A stretch of DNA of 64,000 nucleotides from Octopus bimaculoides (GCF_001194135.2 NC_068982.1:105542843-105606842), one strand, 5' to 3'; counted from the stretch's first letter, positions 12,321-25,575 are shown. Notes: generated from the sequence alone by a model not told the origin. Numbers and translations are program-made.

Positions 12321-13962
12321 TTCTGTCACTAAGCTGTTCAGTATTTTCATGTCTTGATCAGGATGCATTATTGTTACTTGTAGTTATTTAGCCTTATATC
12401 AATTGTGATTGAGCAGATGACCAATGGTGCTCCAGCCAAAACCATCCCATCTGCTCATCTCAGACTACAGTATCAAGTGTGTTTCCCTCCCCATCTTTTT
12501 TAAAGCTTTTGAGATACAAGTTGAGATTTGGCTGCTATTTTTAGCAAGTCAAGTGGTCATGTAAAGCAGCGGTTCTTAATTTGGTCCTTGATTCCTATTG
12601 TACTCTGCTGGCCCCTAAAAAGTATTTGATATTTTAAAAAGTCCCATCATATTTTTGATTAGATATTAGGAATTCTATAAAAAAAAAGATTTTTTTAATA
12701 TTTTGTGTATAGCAGAAGTATTACTAATTTGTTGCACATAAATTTTAATAGTTCATGTGGACTCCAGTTGTGAACTGAAATCTTGATTCTTCAGCTGAAA
12801 AGCCAGCATTAAACTATTCACCTTCATAAATTAGCAAGGTAGGGGAGGGAATTCTAATTTTGACACTAGCAATCATAGTAACATATATGCAATATATGAA
12901 GATAGGAAACTGTCAGTCATATTATGTGGAAGAACAATGCCTTTTAGGAAGTGGATTAGTGATTTATTATGTGGTTTCAGTTATTAGACTGCAGTCATGC
13001 TGGAGCATTACCTATGAGGCTTTAGTGGATCATATCAACCATAATGCCAATTTCAGTTTGTTAGTTATTTTATCAACTCTGTTAAGTTACAAGAAATAGA
13101 AGGACAATATAAACTACACCAGTATAACTATATACACGTTTTTTTCAGAGAGCATCTAGTGACTGTCCTGTTTCTTCAAGCATATAAATTTTGTGCATAA
13201 ATATTTATTTAATATATTAAGTGTAGGCATGCAGATTTTTCGGCACGTAAAAAAAATTAGGATACAAAAATAAGTGAATGTGTGATTAAGAAGCTTGCTT
13301 TCCAGCCCTGTGGTCTTGAATTCACTCTTACTTCATGGCACCTTAGGCATGTGTCTTGAGTGGATTTGGTAGACAGAAACTGAAAGAACTCTACTGAATA
13401 TTGAAAAGAAGTCTATATAATCATCATTGTTTAATCTCTACCTTCCATCCAGGCATGAGTTGGACAGTTTGACAGGAGCCAGCCATGTAGAAACTACCCC
13501 AGGCTACTGTGTGTTTTGGCAGAGTTCTTAGGGCTGGATACCCTTCCTAATACCAGGCACTCTGCAGAGAAGACCGAGTGCTTTTTACATGGCACCAGGC
13601 AAGGACAGTTTTGGCATGATTTTTATAGCTGGGTGCCTTTCCAAATGCAAGCCACTTTAGTGTGAATTGGATGCTTTTTATGTGGTACCAGCACAATCAC
13701 CACGTAACTTGCAAAACAAGTTATACACATGTATATATGTGTGCACACTTATCCTGACATTACATGATGGCTGTAAACAAGCATCACTGTCATACAAGTG
13801 ATGTTGATTCCAGACTTCCGTGGAAAAATTTCTGGTCATGGTAAATATTACTTGCCTAGAAACAGGTGAGGGTTGGCAACAGAAAGGGCAATCTGGCTGT
13901 AGAAAATCTGCCTGCATGGAAAAGTGGATGCAAAAATGATGATAAAATTGAGGACTGATATA

Positions 13963-15139
13963 CGTGGTCTGATCAATAAGTATCCAGACTGTTGTCACAG
14001 TAACGAAGTTAAAGCTGCTTTGCACAGATTGACCTTGAACTCTGCTGTGCATGTGCACAATGTTTAAATGTTCTAGTTCACTTCTGCTGTTTACAGCAGT
14101 GCTTGGAAGTAACATGTGTTCATTGCATTGACTATGACAGAGAAAGTTGAGCAGAGAATCTGCATCAAATTTTGCCAAAAGCTAGGCTATATCTGCTCAG
14201 AGGCCTATGCAAAGTTTGCATTGTTCTTGACACAATCAAGATTTTGTGCAACTGAAACTAAAGTGTCATTTTGGTTAGCTGAAAGCAATTTTGGCAGACA
14301 TGTCTCTCACACCCAATCTTCAGTGATAATGGACTGAACTGAACTGTAACTAATCTGCACATCCTCTGATAACTCACAGTTGCAATGCTTTTCTCAGTTC
14401 TGTTAGTTGCAGGTCTCCCAGAATGTTCGTCACTATTGACATTTTTTCAGCTATCTTGGAAACGTCTGAACTACTTGTACACTTCTGTGCAGCTCATACA
14501 CTCCTCTCCATACACTTTCTGCAACTTTGCATAGGCCTCTGAGCAGATATCGCCATGACAACTTTCACTCTCATGTTCAATGCGACAATCACACATTACT
14601 TCCAAGCACTGCTGTAAACAGCAGAAGTGAGCTAGAACATTAAAACTGTACATGCACAGCAGAGTTGAAGGTCAATCTGTGCCAAGAGGTTTCACTATAC
14701 GTGCTTTAGCTTCATTATTATGGCAACAGCAGAGGTGCAATGGCCCAGTGGTTAGGGCAGCGGACTCGCGGTTTCGATTCCCAGATCGGGCGCTGTGAGT
14801 GTTTATTGAGCGAAAACACCTAAAGCTCCACGAGGCTCCGGCAGGGGATGGTGGCGAACCCTGCTGTACTCTTTGACCACAACTTTCTCTCACTCTTACT
14901 TCCTGTTTCTGTTGTGCCTGTAATTCAAAGGGTCAACCTTGTCACACTGTGTCATGCTGAATATCTCCGAGAACTACGTTAAGGGTACACGTGTCTGTGG
15001 AGTGCTCAGCCACTTGCACGTTAATTTCACAAGCAGGCTGTTCCGTTGATTGGATCAACTAGAACCCTCGACGTCGTAAGCGACGGAGTGCCAACAACAA
15101 CATATGGCAACAGCTCAGATACTTATTGATCAGACCTCA
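13963..15139. mobile_element. Mariner-derived foldback element made of two inverted 5' ends, with a SINE inserted in the right TIR
   Basis: TA-flanked TIRs cgtggtctgatcaataagtatc / gatacttattgatcagacctca. The plus arm encodes MTEKVEQRICIKFCQKLG. The minus arm encodes SEAYAKLQKVYGEECMS...DEHSGRP (mariner N-terminal HTH). Confidence 0.85.
14731..15102 (+). mobile_element. tRNA-derived SINE (OR-like), copy 3, nested in the mariner element
   Basis: 12-bp TSD tatggcaacagc at 14719-14730 and 15103-15114. Confidence 0.92.
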
Positions 15140-15799
15140 TAAGTATAAAACATTTTATGAAATATTGGGAAAACATCCATAGATCGTACTTGATGTTTTG
15201 TCCTAACTCAAACTTGACCAAGGACATTTATGACCAAAGACATTCCAGTCATTGCCATTCCATCTTTTGAGGAGTATGTAGCCTTCAAAAGACAATAGTG
15301 TGTGATTTGAGAAAGAGAGATTTGGCTGTGATTTCCAGCAGGCTGAGCTATGATATAGACTTCAGCCGTTATAAGTTGAGGTAAATTGTAAAACGCACTG
15401 CATAACTATAGAATTTGTTCATGGAAACTTTACAGTTGTTTCTATACAACAATTAGAGAGTGTCGAGAGAGGGCTGACTGGTTTAATGCAAACACATATG
15501 TTTACTGAAGGACAAATGGGCAGTGATGAAGATGATGTGATCAGCAAAGGTGATGGAGAGATGGAAGATGGAGAGCTATGAGTGATAAGGAGACAAGCAT
15601 TTCAAATACACTTCTGTCCAACAAGACTGAACACCTGATCTGCATGCCATAGAACATGTGCAAATCTTTTCTTTTCTGTTTCTCCCCTAGCTAAGTATAC
15701 CTAACACCTAGCTTCCCTTCTATATAAAGACAAATATATATACACAAGAGTTCTAGCTCTCATCAGTTTAGTATCCATTTTTCTAGGTTTGCAAGGTTC

Positions 15800-16930
15800 A
15801 AGTGGAATTGCTATAACCACTGCTCTTGCACAATGTTCTCCAGAAATAGTTTCTATCCTTCGCAGACACTTCAATCTTTCTCCTTCTAAGCATCAACTCA
15901 ATTTATGAAAATAATAAGTTCTTCATATACCTTAAAATGCGAACCCCATTTCCAACATTCAAAAGTAATGGAAACAACCAAGCACCTCTTTATCACTCCA
16001 AGAGCCTCTCCTTTCTCAATAAAGACCAACCTATTATAGACTTGTTCTTCAATGTTACATATTTGTAGGTCCCAGCAAAAGCAATGTGGTTGTCCAAGAC
16101 ATCAGCAAACTGTTCACTGATGGCCTTAATCTATATCTTGGACTCAAAGTTTATCAGACATCTCTATCACAAAATCTAGTTATGTCTCTTGCAACTCCTT
16201 CTGTATTTTAACAATTCCATATTTCTTTCGATTACATACTCACTTCTATGCACATTAACTCCCTTACTCTGCATTAGCCTTCTGCATATAACCTAAACTT
16301 GCACCACTCCCATGAACTGAGTTGTCGAAAACCTTTTGACAAGGGAAGCAACCGCAATGAGCAATTACTACATACACAGTTATACCCCAAACAAAAGTTA
16401 GAATTCACAATCAATGATGATATCCCACAGTAGGTGATTTCACATGTTAAAACTACTTTGCAGAAATGGCCTAAATTTCCTTTACTAGAACATATTTGAG
16501 CACTGATAGTACTATCACTCATCCTGTTAGACAAATGCCCTTAAATCACATCATCCCATCTCAAAGATGCATTAGGCAATGTAGCTCTTGATACAGAATG
16601 ATGGCTGGAATAATTTTCATTGTACATCTCAATCAGTGCCAACTTTAGGTTAAACAACAAAAACAGTAATTCTACACATTGACAAAAATTTACTGATTCA
16701 CATACCATTAACCAACCATTGGCCCAGTTTCTTCCCTGCTACAACTTAAAAAGATTCTCCTGTGAATACCATCATCACCCAAGCAAACTCTCTCCTCTCC
16801 CCCTCTATTCAAATCTGTACTGTTTTCCCAATTCTTCTTATCTATGTCCGTCCTGCCACTTAGGAACATCAATCAGCATAGGTCATGCTGAAAACATCCA
16901 CAATATTAAATCTCACTACCTCTGAAAGCC
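15800..16930 (+). mobile_element. Possible highly degenerate LINE (endonuclease-region) relic
   Basis: Stop-ridden, C/A-rich sequence. A VGDFTC peptide near 16430 resembles the APE GDFN motif. Boundaries are approximate. Confidence 0.3.
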
Positions 16931-19542
16931 TGCTAAAATTTTAAGAGCATCCTCTCCTTTTTCAGCTAAAACAAAACATTAAAAATTGCAAAAATTAATT
17001 AAGAAAGTTTTATGTTCCTTTAGCAGTGAAAAGTAGGAGGAGCATCAAGTGGGAAGAGCAGACAAGTGATGTGTTATGACCGAGATATGATTGTATCTAT
17101 TTCCCTTATTTTGCTAATGTCATGTGGAAAGCACAAATATGACAATTCTCAAACAGAAAATAATATAATTCATGTCTGACTACCTTCTATATTTATGAAA
17201 CAAACATATAAGCACCCAACATATTCTTAAAACAAGAATTGATATATGAAGATATTACAATAAATATTTTAGGATTTAATTTAATATTGCATAGATTTTT
17301 TGTGTAAAAGTATCATTTCTTGTAATACAGATTGAAGAACATATTTTGAAATGCCAAACTAACTTCACAAAAGATAAAATAATGCAACAAACATAACAGA
17401 TTCAAAAACATTTCATTCAACTCCAATCACACAATACATTTTTAAAATACAATTTGACATAAAAACTGTCTTCTTTTTGAAACAAGAATCCAGAAGGTAA
17501 AAAAAAATGTCTCAATTTCCAACTCAGCACCTTTCATATAAAGTATATCCCACCTGCCCTTGTCACTATCATAGCATTATTATCAATATAACTATATTTA
17601 GGTTAACCTGAAAGTGAATAATTTTTATTAGTGATTTGAGAAGTGACAGAATTTTATTTTTTCATGAGTAAAAGAAAACAGAAAAACCATCCAGTTTAAT
17701 TCTAGCGCAGATGGAATGATGTTACAAACTGATATTTACATAATTTGGAGCAAGTTGACCTTCCTATCAGTAAACCATGCAACTGTGAAGAGTTATATCT
17801 GTTCTCAGAGACACATATGTGCTTAGGGACACAATAAATATCTCTAACAAGGTTTCAACTCACAACCATGTAGTATGTAGTCTCAGCACCTTAACCTCAC
17901 AGCCACAATGTAATTATAATACTAGACTGTATAAAATTTGTGAAAGTCATTCCATTTGTGCGAGTATGAAAAAAACGGTTATGAAAGTCAAAGTTAAAAA
18001 TTATGATTTGAATGTCAGAATGAGAGTTGAATGAAATCAAACAAACAATAGAATATGGTTAAACATTAAATAAAACATGCAATTTTGAAAGTTTTTACAG
18101 ACTGCAATAAGTAAATTCCATTAGACTGAGACAAAAATGTAAAATTTTTTCACTGTCCTGTTAAGATGTTTGATTTCATTTTTTCTTCTTCATAAAATGT
18201 TTTGAGACAAGTTACTTTAAACATCTGAACAATTGAGGGGTAATTATCAACATAATTTAACGTCAATAACAATCCAACTGAATAATAAAAAACATATGTA
18301 CATATACAAATATAGAAAACCATTACTTAATGCATCAATTTCATTCTGAAATAACACAGGAGTTCAAGAGATCTGTAGGTGAGGTCTGCAGCAGATATCA
18401 CTACAACCCATTCATTGGTACATGAATTTTTATGTATGTATAAAGAGAATTTTTTTTTTTCATGTATGGCTTTACATGTTTGTCTTTTTTTTTTTACCAA
18501 TACGTGGGATGATTAATCAAATGTGTATATTTGCAGATGATGGAGAAGTGGTTTCCTTTTAAACACAACTAGATGATGTTCCTAATATTAATTAATGATT
18601 CAGCTGGGGAATGAATGGTTCCTTTCTGTCGGACATGAATTTCTTTTTAAAGATACAAAACTTATGAAATGTAATAAAATGCAATGTGAAAGCAAGTTCT
18701 ATTGAAAACCAGTTGTTTACTCACTTCTAGTAGTCTATAAGAAAACTCAAATTAGTAAGATTATCTCAACAATTATAGAAAAAAGGTGTTATATTTATAG
18801 TTGAATACTCAGAAAACTGAATAGCAGCCTTATTTTTATAAATACTATTGGACTTAATACTAGTTTGAAATACAAAATAAATTACAGAAAGATATGGAAT
18901 GATAGAAAATTTTACTTCAGACTTTTAAATAATGATCAAAAGGAAAATTAGATGAAGTATTTTAAATAAAAGCCTGCCATATGATACAATAAACTTAAAT
19001 GCTTTTCACAGTTTCATATTCATTTTTCCATGCTTAGTTTGAAGCTTTTTGTTGACACAACTACTTCGTATTGCCTGGTACTCTTGTTACCTTGAACACG
19101 TCAACTGTGAAATAGGACTGAAGCCTGTTTTTGTTAGTCAGGCCAACCAGATCAAGCAAAGTTATGTACCTTAATTAGGAAGGACGTAACACAATAGTTG
19201 TAGTAGAGTTTGAACTTTTGACCATATTGATCAGTCATCAACAGCTCAATCATCAATCCATTCTTTGAAAATATTTATCAAATGTTGTAGCTGGGAAAAA
19301 AAAATAGAAGAGTTTTAACGTACATACTAATAAAAATGTTAAGATGTTTGGATATTGATGATAGTATATTATGCTTGAACTTACATATTCCCATGCACAT
19401 GGTTGTTACATAATTGCATATACATCAAATATCCAGAAGAGGAATCAACAGAGTTGATTAATAAAACTGATGAAAAGAAAGAGATTTTATGACCATGAGC
19501 AACCGGGTTTGTTAAATAAATGACAATCACATATAATTTATT

Positions 19543-19797
19543 TCAATCTTTCTCCTTGTCTAACTCCTCTACATCATCAATGATACTGTCCATGTTACCC
19601 TGTGAATTTTGATGTGTCCAAGTCACAGCATATGTAACTTTATCCCCAGCAACTAAAGTTACGCTGTCAATTTTATCTTGCATTTCAGCTCGTGCTTGAG
19701 CAAGTGCACTTTGAATAGCAATGTCTTTTTGTGCTTGACATTCCAAAACAGCACGGGAAAGATTAATTTGGTTTTCAATTCTTGCTGCTTGTAATGC
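19543..19797 (-). CDS. DEAF1: DEAF1 homologue, coding exon 7 (last; coiled coil, stop)
   Basis: tttgtttcag acceptor, phase 0. Encodes ALQAARIENQINLSRAVLECQAQKDIAIQSALAQARAEMQDK...EELDKEKD*. Confidence 0.8.
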   Translation of the reverse strand, partial: ALQAARIENQINLSRAVLECQAQKDIAIQSALAQARAEMQDKIDSVTLVAGDKVTYAVTWTHQNSQGNMDSIIDDVEELDKEKD

Positions 19798-20762
19798 CTG
19801 AAACAAAATAAAACATAGTCAGCATTCATGTTTTGATATGGTACTGGATTTTAATTGGATAAATATAATGTATCTTTAGTTTCTTTACAAATTACTATTA
19901 TTTACAAGTACAAACAACGTAAAAAAAAGCTGTGTTTACAGGAAATAACTGTAAAAAATTATTATTTAACAATGTATTTGTTTCAATAGTTCCTAACTCA
20001 TAAAAGTGCACATATAAGGCTAATATACGGTGGAAATAAGTATATACATATATGTGCGTGTGCACATAGATAAATAGATGCACACAGAAATATCATTTTG
20101 AATAAGCAGCAGATAACATTTTTTAAGGTAGAGGTATACGAAAACTAAAGCTAAGAAGAGAATATCAGCATACTACTGGTACATATTGCTATATGAAGGA
20201 CTAGCAGAGTTGACTAACCAAATTTGAATTCAAAATCAAATATTTGTGCAGTGAGCCGTAATGTGGGTCATCTTCACAATTACAATATAATTGAGGGTAT
20301 AAAATTGATGTTATTTCACAATTTAATTCATTGTGTTGTTTATTGTCACAAACATCAAACTCAGGTAGGACCCTTCACTATGTTGGAGATTAGTAGATAA
20401 GTCTATCTTGCTAAATAACTTACAAATTATATTCAATTTGGAGAGGATGGAATAACAGGCACTTCCCCATGTAATTGGTAATGTAGTTGCATGGCAAACA
20501 ATGAATATGTAGGTTTGCTATTATAACAGCAAGTAGATTACATATCTGTTTAACCCTTTTAATACCATCTTGCTCAATATTGCCCCTGGTTTTATGATAC
20601 AAATTTCCCATTTTAAAGGGATCTAGGTTAAAACCTTGTGTCAGAATTTCGTGTTAATTTATGTTCCAAACAGCAGCTCAATAATGACAATGTTATTTTA
20701 TACTAAATTTTTCTATATTTTCAGAATTAACTGTAACAAAGGCAGTGTATTTCAACAGATAT

Positions 20763-21002
20763 CGTCGTCGCCGTCGTTTAACGTCCGCTTTGACTGATTT
20801 GACTGAAGACTGGTGAAACCAGATGGCTACACCAGGCTCCAATCTGATTTGGCAGAGTTTCTACGGTTGGATGCCCTTCCTAACGCCAACCACTCAGAGA
20901 GTGTAGTGGGTGCTTTTACGTGTCACCCGCACGAAAGCCAGTCAGGCGGTACTGGCAATGGCCACGCTCAAGATGGTGTATTTTATGTGCCACCTGCACA
21001 AA
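20763..21002 (-). mobile_element. RTE 3' UTR fragment
   Basis: Same tail as 3168-3442. It accounts for the recurring MKPDGYTRLQSDLAEFL pseudo-ORF. Confidence 0.85.
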
Positions 21003-22831
21003 TGGTAATAAAAGTGTTAAGTGACATCACTTGCTATTTTAGTATCTGGAACTTTCCAGTTAGGCAAAGCCTGAAGTTCTGCGAACTTGTAAAAGAAGTA
21101 GATTTATCAACAATGCTATGTGTTATTAAAGAGCATTTTGTTCCTTGGTTTCAGTGGGCTTGTTACTCTCTTACACCTCAGAGTTTGTGTTTACAGTGTC
21201 TAATACCAATTACATTAGCATCTTAGGAGTGAATCCATAGAATAAAATTGCACAAAATACTTTCAGTCACATTAACCATTGAAAGATATATGGCTAGATC
21301 TACCTAAATTCTTGCAGTTTTTTCAACTCAATAAATGATATGTTTAGAACATTATTATTTTCAGAAGTTCTCCACTTCTATTGTTCAAACAAATGATATT
21401 GAAATCTTTCCTTCTTTTTGTTTATTTGTTAGTCTTCCTTCTTAGACAGAGATAATCTGACTGACTGTTTGTGCTGCTAATGAATTTCAGGCTAATAATT
21501 TGGCAGTGAAGGAGTTCTAAGGAGATGTCAAAATATGAAAACTCTCTTCATTTTTTCCACCACAAAATAATTTTATTCTGATTCCAAAGCCAGCATTAAT
21601 TAGCTTCCCTATTTGCTATTTCTATGGTCTTTGTAAACGGAATTTTAGTCTAATTTTTTATACCACTACATAAAAATCTACATATATAATTAAACTGTCC
21701 AACTGTTAGTACATTAATGTACTGTATAAATGAAATTTGTGTCTGTTTGTGTGCATGCACACATGAATATCAATACACAAAAATTACCATTCAACACTCA
21801 TTATGGTCAGCTATTCCTAACTTGAAATACTGCTTTCCAGATTACACACCACAACCAAAACCATTAGCCACATATACTTCATCTCAATAGGCAACTTTTA
21901 ACTTCTGAAAACCTACTACCAGCCAACTCAAGAGACTCTGTTCAAAGCTTATGCATATATATTTAACATTTGTAAAAGCCATAGATAGTATTCCATGAGA
22001 CTTACATCAAGCACTTTCAAAAACCACTATTACCAACATCTACACTCTTTTAGATTAAAGGACAAAGGAAACACCACATCCTTGTATCAAAATATGTGGG
22101 CAGTCAGGAGCCAAGGAACAGATTGCTCTCCAACACAGAGCATTGTCAATAAAGTTACTTCCCGTCAAATGGATCACAAAACTGCAGGTCTTGTCTAACC
22201 GAAAAGTTCCAGATATTAAAACAGCAAATGATATCACTTAACCAGATATATAATCTAATTACAGCCATTTGAAAAATTTTTTTTGGAAAGATTCTACATG
22301 CTTAAAAATCCAAAACTTTCCAAAGCTCCACAGATATTAGGTTTAACAAGCATTGCAGAGTAGTTGTCCCTTGAAAATTAGAGGTCTGTACTAGGCTGTT
22401 TCCTTAACCACACAAGTCTAGCTAGCAATATCAGTTAGACATTTGTTCACCAAGACCCACCTATGATCAATGAGAATCAGATTAGCTGATACATTGTGAA
22501 CTCAGCTTCAATCATTTACCATTGATTAACTGCAGATGAATCTTAAGTGTATGAAGCTCCAAGTAATAACTGAATGAATCATCAAATTAATCCATACATA
22601 CATATATATTCCCAATAGTTGAATAGCAAGCATCTTGACCACACAATCATGTGTGTGTGTGTGTGTGTGCATTGCCTTGAAGAATCTTTAGTTGAATGCA
22701 TCAACCCCACTACTTACTTTTTATAAGCTTGGTACTTATTTTCTATCAGCCTTTTGCTGAACTACTAAGTTACAGGAATGTAAACACACCAGCACCAGCA
22801 TTGGTGGGGGAAACAAACACAGACAAACAGA

Positions 22832-22871
<40 letters not shown>

Positions 22872-22881
<10 letters not shown>

Positions 22882-23692
22882 AGGGCATTACTATACAATA
22901 ACGCCTCACGCCATGAGGGACTCTAAGGTCAGACTACTATAAAAAGCACATTTTTACTGGATGTGAGGAAATGCAACTCTCAAAGCCAACCCCTTAAAAA
23001 CGGACTAAATTATAGATCATGATTTCGTAGTTATTGTAGTATTATACAACTTCTACTCGTCAGTATAATATGGTCAAGAAAAATAGAAATAAACAGTGAA
23101 TCAACATACCAAACGAACACCGTGTATCCAGCATAGCATATAGACGACTGTTCATCGCTATTTCCCTATGTAAGTGGCGGGAATTTTGAATTGCATCTCG
23201 GTAAATATGCCTCTTACTCAGAATAAATTCAGCACTGAATATATTCTGGTAATATATTTAAATTCAATAATAGGACGAATTCTTTTACAAGAATTTATCA
23301 AGTAGCTAGCNNNNNNNNNNNNNNNNNNNNNNNNNNNNNNNNNNNNNNNNNNNNNNNNNNNNNNNNNNNNNNNNNNNNNNNNNNNNNNNTTTATATTTAT
23401 ATAAGGGCATTACTATACAATAACACCTCACGCCATGAGGGACTCTAAGGTCAGACTACTATAAAAAGCACATTTTTACTGGATGTGAGGAAATGCAACT
23501 CTCAAAGCCAACCCCTTAGTAGTCTGACCTTAGAGTCCCTCATGGCGTGAGGCGTTATTGTATAGTAATGCCCTTATATAAATATAAATATATATTTCGG
23601 GAATAAATGATGGATTTTTTCCCTTATGAGGTTTTTTCACGCTAGCTACTTGATAAATTCTTGTAAAAGAATTCGTCCTATTATTGAATTTA
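22872..23692 (-). mobile_element. Retrozyme-like element A: ~494-bp head-to-tail unit (1.25 copies) plus inverted segment, next to (TA)n
   Basis: The unit start ataagggcattact occurs at 22879 and 23401. The segment 23517-23692 is an inverted copy spanning the unit junction. The unit contains a hammerhead at 23009-23069 and no credible ORF. Confidence 0.8.
23009..23069 (-). ncRNA. Type I hammerhead ribozyme in element A
   Basis: Minus strand reads ATTATA CTGACGA GTAG-aag-TTGTA-taatac-TACAA-taa-CTAC GAAA TCATGA TC^TATAAT. All core nucleotides are present, stem I is a perfect 6 bp, and stem III is the palindrome ATCATGAT. AUC cleavage falls between 23015 and 23014. Confidence 0.9.
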
Positions 23693-24151
23693 TATATATA
23701 TATATAGGACAAGCTTCTTTCAGCTTCTGCCTACCAGATCCACTCACAAGGCTTTGGTTGACCCAAGACACTTGCCCTAGATGCCACACAGTAGGACTGA
23801 ACCCAGAACCATGTGCAAGCTACTCACCACACACACAAATATTACTAAATAATGATTGTTACTGAGCAGAGCTATCATAACTGCATGTAAGAGTTAATGC
23901 TAATAACTAAGACTTTAATCCTGAAGTTCAAATTTCCAACAGTAATATTTCTTTTATAACTATTATAATATAAACAGGATTACAAAAATGAGTTAGTACA
24001 TTAAGAGCTGTAAAAGGTAGTAATCTATACATATAAATTTGACATGGGCAATTCTTTCTTGTCTTGGGATTCAGTCAAATGGCTGGGTGGAATTGCATGA
24101 AAAATTACACAGATGTGTAGAATGATCCAGTGGTGATGCTGGGCTTTGAAT

Positions 24152-24331
24152 TTTTCATAGCTCCCATGGTAACCAAGATAATCTACAATAATACTCTTGT
24201 GTTTATGAGAAAGGAAGGGGTGATAGATGAATAAGGAAGGAAGGGGTGATGTCATATTTTTTCATATCTCCCATGGTTACCGAGATAATCTACTATAATA
24301 AGACTCGAGAAAGGAAGGGGTGAAGTCATAC
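24152..24331. repeat. Imperfect direct duplication, ~105-bp period
   Basis: tttttcata.ctcccatggt.acc.agataatctac...gagaaaggaaggggtga occurs at ~24152 and ~24258. Confidence 0.8.
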
Positions 24332-25575
24332 TTAGTAGTGAGATGATGAAAATTGAATGCTGAAAAAAATAAATCAAACAGCGTTTCAACTCTGTGTGAA
24401 TATATATGTGTGTATGTAAAAGGGAGGGGGGATGTGAATATGTGTGTGTTTGTATGTGTGCATATGCGCGCGCAATGGAAGTGGGATGGTTCATTTTTGT
24501 TCGCTTAGTATTTGGATTTATTTTTTGATTTGGTTGAATCTTGGTTGTTTTTTTTTTTTTGTTGGTCAGTTAGTTTTAGCATTCTGACTGAAAAAAAGTC
24601 ATTCTAAAATTGTTTTTTAACGTAAGCGTGCTCAAACAAGTCGAATGCTTACACAGAGCAGGTTTTACAGCCACATCATCCAAACCGACTGGGTGAAACC
24701 AGGCTTAGCTGCTAGTATTCATTTAAAGATAAGTAATTTAATGAACACGAATATATAAGCTGAGTGGTCAAAGAGCTAAATTATAGTCTCAAGGATTACT
24801 GGTTCAACAAATAACATTTTCTTTGACAGTGCTTTTAGACACATCCTTATTGCTTTGGAGTAGTTAGCTAACAAATATATACTACTTTAATGGTTCTGTA
24901 GTTGGTATGAGGTTGGATAACCTCGCCATAAAACACTTGCGTAATTATTGAGGAACTGAAGGTGGTGAGCTGGCAGAATCATTATTGCACCAGGCAAAAT
25001 GCTGAGCAGCACTTCTGGTTCTTTATGTCCTGAGTTCAAATGCTGCCAAAGTTGACTTTGCCTTTCATCCTTTTTGGAGTTGATAAATTATGTGAATTCA
25101 ACAAGCCCACTGCCCTAAATTTCTGGTCTGGTGCTTATAGTAGAAAGGATAATGATTGAATAACTGATTCTTCAAATAACTCTCAAATTAATTGTTAGAG
25201 AATAGTACTGTTTACTGACATCTCTCATCTATTTTGAGTAGAGTGAAGGTAATACACTCTACTGAAAATAAAAGTTAATAAAAAATATTATGTGTAGAGC
25301 TCTCACTGCTTACAAGGATACTTTTCTCCCCATTAGGTGGATTAAGTCACTTGTTTATTATCATTTTTTTTTTGTAGAGACAAGCAAATGTCAATCCTTC
25401 AGTCAATAAGTTAGCAACTTAACAACTCAGCCATCAGCAACTCTTTTAAGAAAGAGAAAAAAAGTGGCCAGAATTCAAAACCATTTATTAAAAACATATA
25501 AGAACAATTCCAAATATAAAATAAACAAATAACAAACCATAACCTACACTAATAATAAGAACAGAAGCTGCTTAC

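Noticed and set aside
20813-21226. Recurring MKPDGYTRLQSDLAEFL... ORFs (also 32049, 36815, 52438) as a multicopy peptide family
   Set aside because: They are antisense readings of the RTE 3' UTR, with inconsistent starts and stops between copies.
22872-23692. Mitochondrial control-region NUMT as the explanation for the ~495-bp AT-rich unit
   Set aside because: There are no flanking mitochondrial tRNA or gene sequences, and a covarying hammerhead explains the conservation better. Not formally excluded without BLAST.
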